DNA of 29,982 bases, taken from positions 1-29,982 of the IMG/VR virus record IMGVR_UViG_3300022178_000238. The stretch is one strand, 5' to 3'. Below, one piece after another: positions 17,041 to 25,568 of this stretch. The stretch is from a virus. Its lineage: Duplodnaviria; Caudoviricetes. Within the stretch, counting starts at the first letter, position 1, and each line of letters starts with the position of its first letter. Under the pieces are notes generated by a model. The model did no database searches. It was not told where the DNA came from and saw nothing but the letters and a program-made list of their open reading frames with translations. Both the position numbers and the translations under genes were made by a program.

Positions 17041-18822
17041 TTATCCTTGGCAAGAAAGGCATTCATCATCATCGGCATAGTCTTGAAGAGCAATACGGGT
17101 AGGCTTGAAGCTTACTGTGTCTGCTTTTGCACCAGCACTTGTACGAAGATAATACAAACCTTTTAATTTTTTGTTGAAAGCCCTTAGATGGACTTCGTTG
17201 ACGTAAGCTTTATCAGTCCCAGCAGGGAAGAACAAGTTTACAGATTGACCTTGGCAGATAAATGGCTGACGCTCTGCTGCGTGGTCTACAACCCAGCGTT
17301 GGTCTAGTTCAAATGCGGTCTTATAAATTTCCTTATCCCAATCATCCATCCACTCTAAATGCTGTACGCTACCTTCGTGCAGAATGATTGAAGTCCATTG
17401 TTCCTCTATCCAACTATGTCTATCAAACTCATTCTTCCATAAGTATGCATAGTCAAAGATTACCTTTTCAAGGTAAGGGTTGACGACAAGGTGCGCTCCG
17501 ACACGGGTACGGTGTGTGAATGCATTAGACTTTAGAGGTTCAATGGATGCTGAACAGCCAGCAATGATTGACGAGTTGGCGTTAGGAGCAATAGCTAACA
17601 AGTGACTATTACGAACTCCATCAACATCAGGACAAGAACCACGCTCACGGGCCAGATGTACAGTAGCAGCTCTAGCTTGAGCTTTGATATGCGTAAACAT
17701 ATCAGTGTTGTAGGACGTAGCCATTGGAGATTCCCAAGGGATACGTGCGCGTTGCAAAGCACTATGGAACCCCATTGCCCCTAGTCCTAAACTTCTCTCT
17801 TGTGTCGCACTGTAGATAGCCTTAAACAATTCTTTAGGAGCATTAAAACAGAAGAATGAAATCACGTTATCCAGCATTTCAATCAGGTCAGCTACCATAC
17901 TGGTATCTTTCCAATGCTCGTAATGTTCTAGGTTCACACTAGATAAACAACACACTGCTGTTCGTTCCTCAGATGTAGGCAAGTGAATCTCATTGCAAAG
18001 GTTAGACCCGTGTATCTTTAGACCCTGCTCTTTCATGGCTGGTGGTAGATGCCTGTTGGCTTCATCAATGAAGTTGAGGTATGGCTCACCAGTGCGGAAG
18101 CGAGTATCAATCAGACGCTCCCAAAGCCCACGGGCTTGCACAGTTTCACGGACAGTTTTATCAGAAGGGTCAATTAAGTCCCACTGACCATCAGCCATAA
18201 CCGCATCCATAAATGAATCAGGGATGTTCACAGCGTTGTGTATATTAAACGCTTTGCGATTCGGGTCACCACCTGTGGGTACACGGATGTTAATGAACTC
18301 AACTATGTCTGGGTGACTGACATCCATGTATGCAGCATAAGAACCCTTGCGAGTCTTGCCCTGCCTGTACGCAGTCATGTCACTATCGACAGTCTTTAGG
18401 AAAGGAATTGGTGAAGGAGCAACGTCACTAACAGAACGGATGTCGCTCCAATGGCCCCCCACTCCGCCACCTTTAACGGATAACCATCGTAGTTCTGACG
18501 TATGGTCGATAAGACCACCGAGGCTGTCAGGAACATAACTAAGGAAACAACTAATAGGAAGTCCACGAACCTTCTCTCCTTGCGCTGGGGCATTTGATAA
18601 TAGTGGGGATGAGAACATGAACCAACCTTTGCTGGCGTAGTCATAGATTCTCTGAGCTAAAGAGTGGTCGTGTTTACCGCGTCCACCACGACAATAAGCC
18701 ATAGCTGCTCTAGCATATGCATCTTGTGGGTCCTCACCTTCACGACAGTAGTAGTCACTAAGAAGTGTTGATGCTTGGTCGGACAGTAATTTGTTACGGC
18801 TGTAATCAACTACAATGCTCAT
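17041..18822 (-). CDS. nrdA: Class I ribonucleotide reductase alpha subunit (short, no ATP cone)
   Basis: PISCF, GGGVG, GEPY, SNLCNEI, VCCLSS, APNANSS, GQSVN, LYY, C-terminal CLSCQG. Start placed at ATG 18822 (GGAG upstream). Confidence 0.96.
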   Translation of the reverse strand: MSIVVDYSRNKLLSDQASTLLSDYYCREGEDPQDAYARAAMAYCRGGRGKHDHSLAQRIYDYASKGWFMFSSPLLSNAPAQGEKVRGLPISCFLSYVPDSLGGLIDHTSELRWLSVKGGGVGGHWSDIRSVSDVAPSPIPFLKTVDSDMTAYRQGKTRKGSYAAYMDVSHPDIVEFINIRVPTGGDPNRKAFNIHNAVNIPDSFMDAVMADGQWDLIDPSDKTVRETVQARGLWERLIDTRFRTGEPYLNFIDEANRHLPPAMKEQGLKIHGSNLCNEIHLPTSEERTAVCCLSSVNLEHYEHWKDTSMVADLIEMLDNVISFFCFNAPKELFKAIYSATQERSLGLGAMGFHSALQRARIPWESPMATSYNTDMFTHIKAQARAATVHLARERGSCPDVDGVRNSHLLAIAPNANSSIIAGCSASIEPLKSNAFTHRTRVGAHLVVNPYLEKVIFDYAYLWKNEFDRHSWIEEQWTSIILHEGSVQHLEWMDDWDKEIYKTAFELDQRWVVDHAAERQPFICQGQSVNLFFPAGTDKAYVNEVHLRAFNKKLKGLYYLRTSAGAKADTVSFKPTRIALQDYADDDECLSCQG

Positions 18823-19039
18823 GTATCCACTCCGTTGTTTCTCTGATTCCTTTGAACCCAATTAGTGTGGCTCCAGTTTCTGTGTTGATTACTGTTGGTA
18901 CACTACGAACTTTGTAATGTATTGCTGCGTCAATGTCCTTGCCTATGTCGATTTCATCATAGTCAACCTCTTCATGGTTGAGGACAGTGCTGACTGCTTT
19001 ACAAGGCTGACACCCTTCAGTATAAAATTTTATAATCAT
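18806..19039 (-). CDS. Thioredoxin/glutaredoxin-like (NrdH-like) redoxin
   Basis: CQPC active site, RSVP cis-Pro motif, GF; 77 aa. The ATG at 19039 overlaps the upstream stop (ATGA) and the gene lies directly before nrdA. Confidence 0.88.
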   Translation of the reverse strand: MIIKFYTEGCQPCKAVSTVLNHEEVDYDEIDIGKDIDAAIHYKVRSVPTVINTETGATLIGFKGIRETTEWIHEHCS

Positions 19040-19785
19040 ATTAGTTTTCCTTGCTCCCACTCACATGAGAATCCACAGTCAAGTGGTTGGTCACGTTTAA
19101 AGTTGCCTCGGTCTGGATGTAATTCATCTAGATACACAGGCCCATCTTTGTCTTTATTTATTGCATGGCCTATGTCTCTCTCAAGCTTGGCTAGCTTGTT
19201 AAAGGCTTCAGGGAAGTCAACACGGATTGCATTAAAATACCCCATTCCTCCCTTTACACATCCGATACAATTGTTGTTGGCGTACCCTAGCCTGTACATT
19301 TCAGGCAACGTAAACCCCATGCGACTAAACCACCTCATGCAGTCTGGCTTTGTAATAGACTTATCCACCAGTATGAAATCAGTATCGACTTCATTATTGG
19401 AATCAATAAACCTATCAACTCTGCTCATCTCATCAATGGTGTATCCAAAGATTTGTACATCGCCATGCCTTTGGTAATCTTTACGTACATTCTTTTTAAG
19501 AATCATTGTGCATGGCGCACCTGTTGGCCCTTTAATAAACTTACGCTTGTGAAACACTTTGAAGATAGAGTAGTCCATTGACTCATCACCTATTATCTTT
19601 ACAGGTATGCCTGTCTTTTCTACAAACTCATTTAGAAAACGCAGGTTATCTTTAGACTCTTCTTTAACTCTGCAATAAACAGCCTCCATCCTGTCTCCAT
19701 ATTTTTCATATGCTAGGTAAGTTGCATAGGCACTGGCAGCACCGCAGCTAAACCAACTGATTACACGGGATTGATTATTTATCAT
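19036..19785 (-). CDS. PAPS-reductase-like / adenine nucleotide alpha-hydrolase (PP-loop) protein, Cys-rich
   Basis: N-terminal strand plus SCGAAS loop, GAPCTMILKK, LPEMYRLGYANNNCIGCVKGG, C-terminal DCGFSC. Confidence 0.72.
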   Translation of the reverse strand: MINNQSRVISWFSCGAASAYATYLAYEKYGDRMEAVYCRVKEESKDNLRFLNEFVEKTGIPVKIIGDESMDYSIFKVFHKRKFIKGPTGAPCTMILKKNVRKDYQRHGDVQIFGYTIDEMSRVDRFIDSNNEVDTDFILVDKSITKPDCMRWFSRMGFTLPEMYRLGYANNNCIGCVKGGMGYFNAIRVDFPEAFNKLAKLERDIGHAINKDKDGPVYLDELHPDRGNFKRDQPLDCGFSCEWEQGKLI

Positions 19786-19809
19786 AGGGTTTTTATTCCA
19801 TGTTGTACT

Positions 19810-19830
19810 TACTTCAGAACTGAAAGTATT
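19810..19830. repeat. 21-bp imperfect palindrome, copy B (operator-like)
   Basis: TACTTCAGAACTGAAAGTATT; 19/21 identical to 27270-27290; in the gap upstream of the PP-loop gene. Confidence 0.65.
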
Positions 19831-20060
19831 TAGTCATACTTAAGATGCTGGAGTTCTAGCCATAGCTGTGCGTAGTGGATAATCTTTTTAACATCAGATT
19901 CAAACTGACCTTTGTGCGGTGCGCGTGTCGCATACTTCACGATGTTGGCAGCACAGAAATCTAGTTCGTTCTTCATGATGTATTCGATAGGCTGGATGGG
20001 GTGCTTGTAATGGTCACCCCCTTCTTGGAAGTCAGACGCTAAGTTTATGGTGGGGTCCAT
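19830..20060 (-). CDS. DUF3310-family protein (related to T7 gp1.7 nucleotide kinase domain)
   Basis: QEGGDHYK..IQPIEYI, FCAANIVKYATRAPHKG, DVKKIIHY. Confidence 0.82.
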   Translation of the reverse strand: MDPTINLASDFQEGGDHYKHPIQPIEYIMKNELDFCAANIVKYATRAPHKGQFESDVKKIIHYAQLWLELQHLKYD

Positions 20061-20779
20061 AATGGTGGTTCCTCTTGGTCAGGGATTAGGTCGCCAACTC
20101 GTAGGATACGAGCGCAACGTGCTTGAACTAAAGCATCATCAACAGTCAGGCCAGCCTTCTCAAAGGCAGTAACAACAGCAGGCCAGTAGTCAGCCTCAGC
20201 AGCATCAAGAATCTTGTCAGCTTTAACAGGTCCAACTTGGGGACATCCCTTATAGTTATCAGCAGTGTCACCTGTTAGAACTTGGGAATAGAAATAGCGG
20301 TCTGCCATCTCTGTAGTAACAGTAACCACACCCCTGTCTGAATGGCGTGGGTTGTACAGTTGACATGGCACACATAAGAAGTCCTTGTCTTCAGATACAA
20401 TGATTGTTTCTGGGTCATCAGTGGCTGCAATACCAATCAAGTCATCAGCTTCATAAGGCTCATTGAGTTCAGCATCGTAGGCATTAACCAACCAGTTCTT
20501 AAGCGCACCTAAAGTCATAGGCTTACGAGTATCTTTACGATTAGCCTTGTAAGATTCTAAGATGTCAGTGCGGTAGTTCTTTTTACCTGTAAGAAACACA
20601 CGCATAACTCTGCAGTCTGTCGCCTTCTTAATGCTTGTTAACGCATCTTCAATGTGACGAATACCATCATCTTCAGATGCATGCAGGGTCCACACATCAT
20701 CATCCCACTTGGTGGCAACCTCAGTTGCAGCAGCAGCTTGGAATGCTAGGATGTCACCATCAATCAGTAGGGTCTTCAT
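20045..20779 (-). CDS. 5'-3' exonuclease (T7 gp6-like)
   Basis: LLIDGDIL, YKANR, EADDLIGI, SEDKDF, GDTADNYKGCPQVG, QARCARILR. Confidence 0.95.
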   Translation of the reverse strand: MKTLLIDGDILAFQAAAATEVATKWDDDVWTLHASEDDGIRHIEDALTSIKKATDCRVMRVFLTGKKNYRTDILESYKANRKDTRKPMTLGALKNWLVNAYDAELNEPYEADDLIGIAATDDPETIIVSEDKDFLCVPCQLYNPRHSDRGVVTVTTEMADRYFYSQVLTGDTADNYKGCPQVGPVKADKILDAAEADYWPAVVTAFEKAGLTVDDALVQARCARILRVGDLIPDQEEPPLWTPP

Positions 20780-20948
20780 CTTCTTCTCCTTTAGAGTTGC
20801 GGTCTGTTATGACACGGATGCCGTACTTGATTGCGACAGCTTGTTCCTGCCAATCTAGATACGCATTCATTGCAAAGCTAAACGCCAGTGCTACAGACAC
20901 AACAGAAAAGCTAAGACAAACAGCGACCATCATTAATGTTTCAATCAT
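20760..20948 (-). CDS. Small hypothetical membrane protein
   Basis: 62 aa with one N-terminal hydrophobic helix and an acidic tail. GGAGG RBS upstream; fills the gap and overlaps both neighbours. Confidence 0.65.
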   Translation of the reverse strand: MIETLMMVAVCLSFSVVSVALAFSFAMNAYLDWQEQAVAIKYGIRVITDRNSKGEEDEDPTD

Positions 20949-21660
20949 TGGTTAAAGCCTCCCAGCTTTGGGGATAAAGTTCGCTTAGTATTTTTGAGAC
21001 TGAACCTGCCAGAACTTGTATTTCCTGTTGAGCATGAGGGTCCATGCGTTGCTTGCAGAACCTAGCGTAGGCAGACAGTGAGCCTGTCCAATACCAACTG
21101 ACCTCCATCCCTTGGGGAAGCAGGAGCCTTGCTTGTTCAGGACACATGCCACCATCAATAGCCATTTGATAAGAGTCCAAGCACATGGTGTTTACAGTTT
21201 GGAAATGCCTGCGCCAATACTTATCGCCTGTTGGATGCATGTCCTCACCAGACCCTTGCTTGATAGAACCTTCAGGGTGCTTCCTAAACTTACGAGGGAT
21301 AAAGAACTTAGGGCTGCTGCTAATGTAACGCCTGCTCTCTTCGTTCTCAGTGAAACCAACCTTGTGTTTGAAACACTGAGTGCGGATAGGAACAGGCGCA
21401 GTCATACGCAGGGTGATTGATGTGTGAGAGAATGGAGTCCAGTGCTTATGCTTGGCTAGATAGTTAATCAAGCCTGCATCTTTTACCGCATCAAACTCTG
21501 TATCGTCAGCAGCAAATGAGACACGCGCTGCTCTGACTACACTGGCATCATTACCCATGTGGTCGATGTACTGAACCTGTCCATTACGGCAGTCCCACCA
21601 ACTCACATCTGCACTGGGACTCATACCCAATTTAACTTTGTCTTTAAATTTTTCAGTCAT
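20941..21660 (-). CDS. thyX: Flavin-dependent thymidylate synthase ThyX
   Basis: VVRAARVSF, LINYLAKHKHWTPF, KHKVG..NEESRRY, PEQARLLLPQ, WTGSL, HAQQEI. Confidence 0.94.
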   Translation of the reverse strand: MTEKFKDKVKLGMSPSADVSWWDCRNGQVQYIDHMGNDASVVRAARVSFAADDTEFDAVKDAGLINYLAKHKHWTPFSHTSITLRMTAPVPIRTQCFKHKVGFTENEESRRYISSSPKFFIPRKFRKHPEGSIKQGSGEDMHPTGDKYWRRHFQTVNTMCLDSYQMAIDGGMCPEQARLLLPQGMEVSWYWTGSLSAYARFCKQRMDPHAQQEIQVLAGSVSKILSELYPQSWEALTND

Positions 21661-21884
21661 TGTTGCTCACCTGATTCTCGTAAGTGCATCAGACCCATGA
21701 CAGTGATATGCCACCGCCTACCGAATTGGTTTGTGCCTACAGTTTTTGTTGATATGAATCCCTCGCACGCACACACAGCCACCAACTCAGCATTGTTTCT
21801 TGCAAAGTCACTGCGTGTTGTGAAGGGGTATTGATAGGCATGGATTAATACCTTAGTGAGTAGCTGCCCAGTTGTCTCCGACAT
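21657..21884 (-). CDS. T7 gp5.7-like protein (host RNAP modulator)
   Basis: SDFARNNAELVA..A.EGFIS...WHITVMG resembles T7 gp5.7 as recalled (SNYVRNNASLVAEAASRGHIS...WEITASG). It follows the DNA polymerase gene; start at ATG 21884 with GGAG RBS. Confidence 0.75.
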   Translation of the reverse strand: MSETTGQLLTKVLIHAYQYPFTTRSDFARNNAELVAVCACEGFISTKTVGTNQFGRRWHITVMGLMHLRESGEQQ

Positions 21885-23652
21885 TGAATTCTCCATCTAG
21901 TGGACATTGAAAGTTGAAGATGCTGGTGACTTCTTTGATAGAAGCTACGGCAATATCCCCTACCTGTTCTGCAATCTCAGCCTTGCAAGCAACTTGGATT
22001 TCATCGTGGACCCATGCACACATTGCAAAGTCACCATCCCATCCATGTTTAAATCCAGCAGCTTTCATAGCCTTAACAAACTGGACCAACCACTGCTTAC
22101 AGATAATGCCGCCTGCACTTTGAAGCAACGCATTCAATGCTGAGTGTGGGCTTCTGATATGCACACGCCTGCGGTCCAAGCCATAGATAAACCCACGCTC
22201 ACTGCTTACCATTACTTGGTCACGTAGCTTGGCTAATGCTGGAGTCTTCTTTAAGAATCTCTCCTTGATAGCTTTGCCTTGCTTACGACCACCGCCTACT
22301 AACTCACCGATTAACTGGTCACCTCCGCCATAATTAAAAGCATAGATGAATCGTTTTGCGCTTGGCCTGTCAGGTAAGCCTGCTGCTAGTTGGTTGGTTG
22401 TGTGGATGTCACCATCAAGAACAACCTTCACGTACTCACCTCTATCATAAGCAGCCATGTAATGTGCGAGGCATCTTAACTCTAGGCCAGAAGCATCTGC
22501 ACCCATGAGCTTCCATCCTTGGGGGACAGTGAATAGCTCACGACACTCCTGACCATAGGGTGCAGAGAGTGAGGGCACTTGTGCAATGTTAGGGTATGCG
22601 TGTGTTGCTCGGCCTGTGACAGCACCATTGGGATTGATTGAGCCATGAATCTTTCCAGACTTCACAACCTTCAACCAGCCTTGCGCTCCGTCAGACAACT
22701 GAGCTATGCGCTTCTGTAGCATGAAGTATTCAGCCATGACTTTAGCTTCGGGGTACGGGATTCCCGTAAGCGTAGTCTCATCAACCTTGGCCTGACCACT
22801 CTTGGTGAACTCTTTAGGTTTCCATCCACGCACTTTCATTAAGCGGTCTGCTATGTGAGCACGCGATGATGGATTGAACTCCACGATTTTGATAGGCGTG
22901 AATGAACAATCAGCAACCATTGATGCGCGAGTTACATCTTTATAGTTGACTGTTCGGGCAGGTGTCTTGAGAGGACCTGCAATAATCCAAGGCTTAAACA
23001 AACCATCTAGCTTTGCCCTGATGTCTGTCCTCTTGGAAGATAGTTCACGATAAAGTAGCGCAGCTTTCTTCTCATCAAACACAAAACCATTGCGCTCTTG
23101 TTTAGCCATGACCCAAGCAACCTGATGCTCAAGCTCTAATGACTGAGGGCTGTAGTCCTGTTTGATTATCTCAGCATACAAGTCAGCAGTTACCTCAACA
23201 TCTTGCTGGCAGTAGGTGAGCATCTCTTCAGAGTACACATCCCATGCTGCTTCTTGCTGTGCGTAGTCACCTTTATGGTTACCTAACCTGTAACCCCAAG
23301 CCTTTAAAGAGTGGGACCCAAACATCTTTCTAGGAAATCCTGGCTCTATTTCTAAGCGGACAGCATCGTCCTCTTTAATGCTGGACCAAATCAACCTGAC
23401 ACATACAAGAGTGTCCACCATTGATGGTGATTTGAATGATGGGTATAGCTTTTTGATAGCAGGCACATCAAACTTGATTCCGTTGTGAGCTATTAACTCA
23501 TCAGCAGATTCAAGCAGCTTGATGCCCTTGTCTATCTCGTTAGGTCTAAAGGAATGAACCTCACCTGAGTTAACATCTTTAGCCACGATACAGTGGATGG
23601 TTGTTAGCTCATCTAGCAGTCCGTTTGTTTCAATATCAACAATGAGTTTCAT
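21853..23652 (-). CDS. Family A DNA polymerase (T7 gp5-like)
   Basis: Exo I DIETNGL, Exo II HNGIKFD, Exo III YCQQD, FNPSSR, motif A DASGLELR, motif B AKRFIYAFNYG, motif C VHDE. Confidence 0.97.
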   Translation of the reverse strand: MKLIVDIETNGLLDELTTIHCIVAKDVNSGEVHSFRPNEIDKGIKLLESADELIAHNGIKFDVPAIKKLYPSFKSPSMVDTLVCVRLIWSSIKEDDAVRLEIEPGFPRKMFGSHSLKAWGYRLGNHKGDYAQQEAAWDVYSEEMLTYCQQDVEVTADLYAEIIKQDYSPQSLELEHQVAWVMAKQERNGFVFDEKKAALLYRELSSKRTDIRAKLDGLFKPWIIAGPLKTPARTVNYKDVTRASMVADCSFTPIKIVEFNPSSRAHIADRLMKVRGWKPKEFTKSGQAKVDETTLTGIPYPEAKVMAEYFMLQKRIAQLSDGAQGWLKVVKSGKIHGSINPNGAVTGRATHAYPNIAQVPSLSAPYGQECRELFTVPQGWKLMGADASGLELRCLAHYMAAYDRGEYVKVVLDGDIHTTNQLAAGLPDRPSAKRFIYAFNYGGGDQLIGELVGGGRKQGKAIKERFLKKTPALAKLRDQVMVSSERGFIYGLDRRRVHIRSPHSALNALLQSAGGIICKQWLVQFVKAMKAAGFKHGWDGDFAMCAWVHDEIQVACKAEIAEQVGDIAVASIKEVTSIFNFQCPLDGEFNVGDNWAATH

Positions 23653-23661
23653 AATGTTTCC

Positions 23662-25305
23662 TTAGAACACAGCCATCACATCATCAACAGGGACTATGTC
23701 AAACACAGTCTGCTCGTAGAGATGTCCAGTTGCTTGGTTGTAGTTAAGTGGTATGGTCATGCCAGTAGACTGACCTGTGTAGCGGTCCTTAAGAACACGG
23801 AAGATAGTAGTCTGCCTGTCCTTAATGTTCTCAGCTTGTTGGTCACGCTCCATGCCGAACATGTAGTGACACCAGAAGCCGATAGCACGGGAGCCTTTGA
23901 AGTGGCGGATGCTTACACGACCACCTTCTTCATGGGGCTTACCATCAGGCGTAGCTAAGTGAGACACCATCATAATAATAATGCCTAGCCTCTTTGCTAG
24001 TTTGGCTATGTCAGAAGTGATGCGCTCCAACTCAACACGCTCATCAGTACCCTGCCCTGTGGCTAGTGCTGTGAGATGGTCAACGTAGAACACACAGATA
24101 CCTTCGGAGTGATGCATGTACTCAATGTTAGACTTAACAACATCCCACTCGCAGACTCCAAAGGAATCATAGAGGCGAATCATGTCAGACTCTTCGAGTG
24201 CATCAATGGCTTGACTGCGTTGTTCATTGGTCCAATCACCATCAGGTATGTGGAACAATTTACCAGCATGTTTACCAGCTAAACGAATGGCAGTCTCAGT
24301 GGGCATCTGCTCTAAGAAGAACACACCGACTCTCTCTTTTAACTCTTGCATATCGTAGATGATTTGCTGTGTTAAGAAGTCAGTCTTGCCTACACCAGTT
24401 CCTGCACCCAAACAATAAACCTCACCATACCTCCGTCCATAGGTCTTATCATTGAGCGTCTTAAGGAACCAAGGCAGGCCCCATTCCACAGGCTTATCAA
24501 GTTCTGCTCGTATGTCTTTAAGACTCACGATACCATCAGGCCTGAACGTCTTTGCATTCCATATAGCATCCATAATTAAACGATGCTTACCTGCCATCAA
24601 CGCTTCGTTGGCATCCTTGAAACCATTGATAGTTCCTATCTTACATTTACCTGCAGGGAACAATGGTGCAATAGATTTGGCTGCTGCCTCACCTGCTGCA
24701 TCTCCATCCATCAGTAGGATAATTTCTGAGAACTTATTAAAGTAACCCATGTTCGCAGCAACAGATTTAGCTGCACCTGCTGCACCATTTGGCACAGATA
24801 TAACAGGCCACTTGTTGTCTTGGACCTGTGAAATAGACATGGCGTCTATGGAGCCTTCGCAGATTACAAGCTTCTTGCCTGACTCAAATAAGTTAGTGCC
24901 AAACATAGGCATCTGACTGAAGTCACCCAAGATGGGGAAGCTCTTATCTGCAGTGCGTAGTTGTTGTGCGACCAGCTTGCCTTCAACATTGTGAAGAGGA
25001 CAGATGTGAACTGGTTGTCCGTTGTGACTACCAACCTTGTAACCAAAGTGACGGGCTGTCTCTTCAGTGATTCCACGTTGTCTCAGTGAACGGACTTCAC
25101 CATCTATCAATGAACTTGCCATGCGTTTGCTACTCCTAAAAGTTGTGGTGTCTCCACCCTCATCAGGCCACTCCATGTGGTCACAGTTAAGGGAGAAGCA
25201 GTAAGCTCTACCAGAGGCGTAACGTGCTAGGTTGTCGCGTGAGTTACAGCTAGGGCAACTCTCGCGTCCAACCATTGGGCTATCATCTTGGTCGCGCTTG
25301 CTCAT
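23662..25305 (-). CDS. Primase/helicase (T7 gp4-like)
   Basis: N-terminal Cys4 zinc finger (CPSC...CFSLNC), TOPRIM EGSID / DGDAAG / KDANE, Walker A GAGTGVGKT, VDHL, SHL, KGSRAI, KDRYTG. Confidence 0.97.
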   Translation of the reverse strand: MSKRDQDDSPMVGRESCPSCNSRDNLARYASGRAYCFSLNCDHMEWPDEGGDTTTFRSSKRMASSLIDGEVRSLRQRGITEETARHFGYKVGSHNGQPVHICPLHNVEGKLVAQQLRTADKSFPILGDFSQMPMFGTNLFESGKKLVICEGSIDAMSISQVQDNKWPVISVPNGAAGAAKSVAANMGYFNKFSEIILLMDGDAAGEAAAKSIAPLFPAGKCKIGTINGFKDANEALMAGKHRLIMDAIWNAKTFRPDGIVSLKDIRAELDKPVEWGLPWFLKTLNDKTYGRRYGEVYCLGAGTGVGKTDFLTQQIIYDMQELKERVGVFFLEQMPTETAIRLAGKHAGKLFHIPDGDWTNEQRSQAIDALEESDMIRLYDSFGVCEWDVVKSNIEYMHHSEGICVFYVDHLTALATGQGTDERVELERITSDIAKLAKRLGIIIMMVSHLATPDGKPHEEGGRVSIRHFKGSRAIGFWCHYMFGMERDQQAENIKDRQTTIFRVLKDRYTGQSTGMTIPLNYNQATGHLYEQTVFDIVPVDDVMAVF

Positions 25306-25496
25306 TACAGTGAGTAGCTAGCGTAGGCTTTACCACGAACACCAGTCTTCATGTTCACGTTGATGGTTCGGCCTTGCTTGTGTAGTGAGTGGACCACAGC
25401 AGCTAGTCGGGTGATTCCATAAAGGCCAATGGCTTCGATGGAAGTTAACGAGCGTCCAGTTTCTAGGTGTGTCATTACTTGATTAGATTGGGTCAT
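25305..25496 (-). CDS. Small winged helix-turn-helix DNA-binding protein (HTH_39-like)
   Basis: MTQSNQVMTHLETGRSLTSIEAIGLYGITRLAAVVHSLHKQG...YASYSL (63 aa). Start moved to 25496 because the longer ORF begins inside the promoter. Confidence 0.78.
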   Translation of the reverse strand: MTQSNQVMTHLETGRSLTSIEAIGLYGITRLAAVVHSLHKQGRTINVNMKTGVRGKAYASYSL

Positions 25497-25568
25497 AGTT
25501 TTTCTCTCGGTTGTTGAGTTCATAAGAATGATGGCCCTCCGAAAAGGGCATACAGTTTGATTACTGTG

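Noticed and set aside
18617-18633. CAGCAAAGGTTGG partial promoter match in nrdA
   Set aside because: Only the upstream 11 nt match and the initiation half is absent; explained by the Ser-Lys-Gly-Trp codons.
25534-25549. UUCG hairpin as a terminator
   Set aside because: No U-tract on either strand; kept only as a leader structure.
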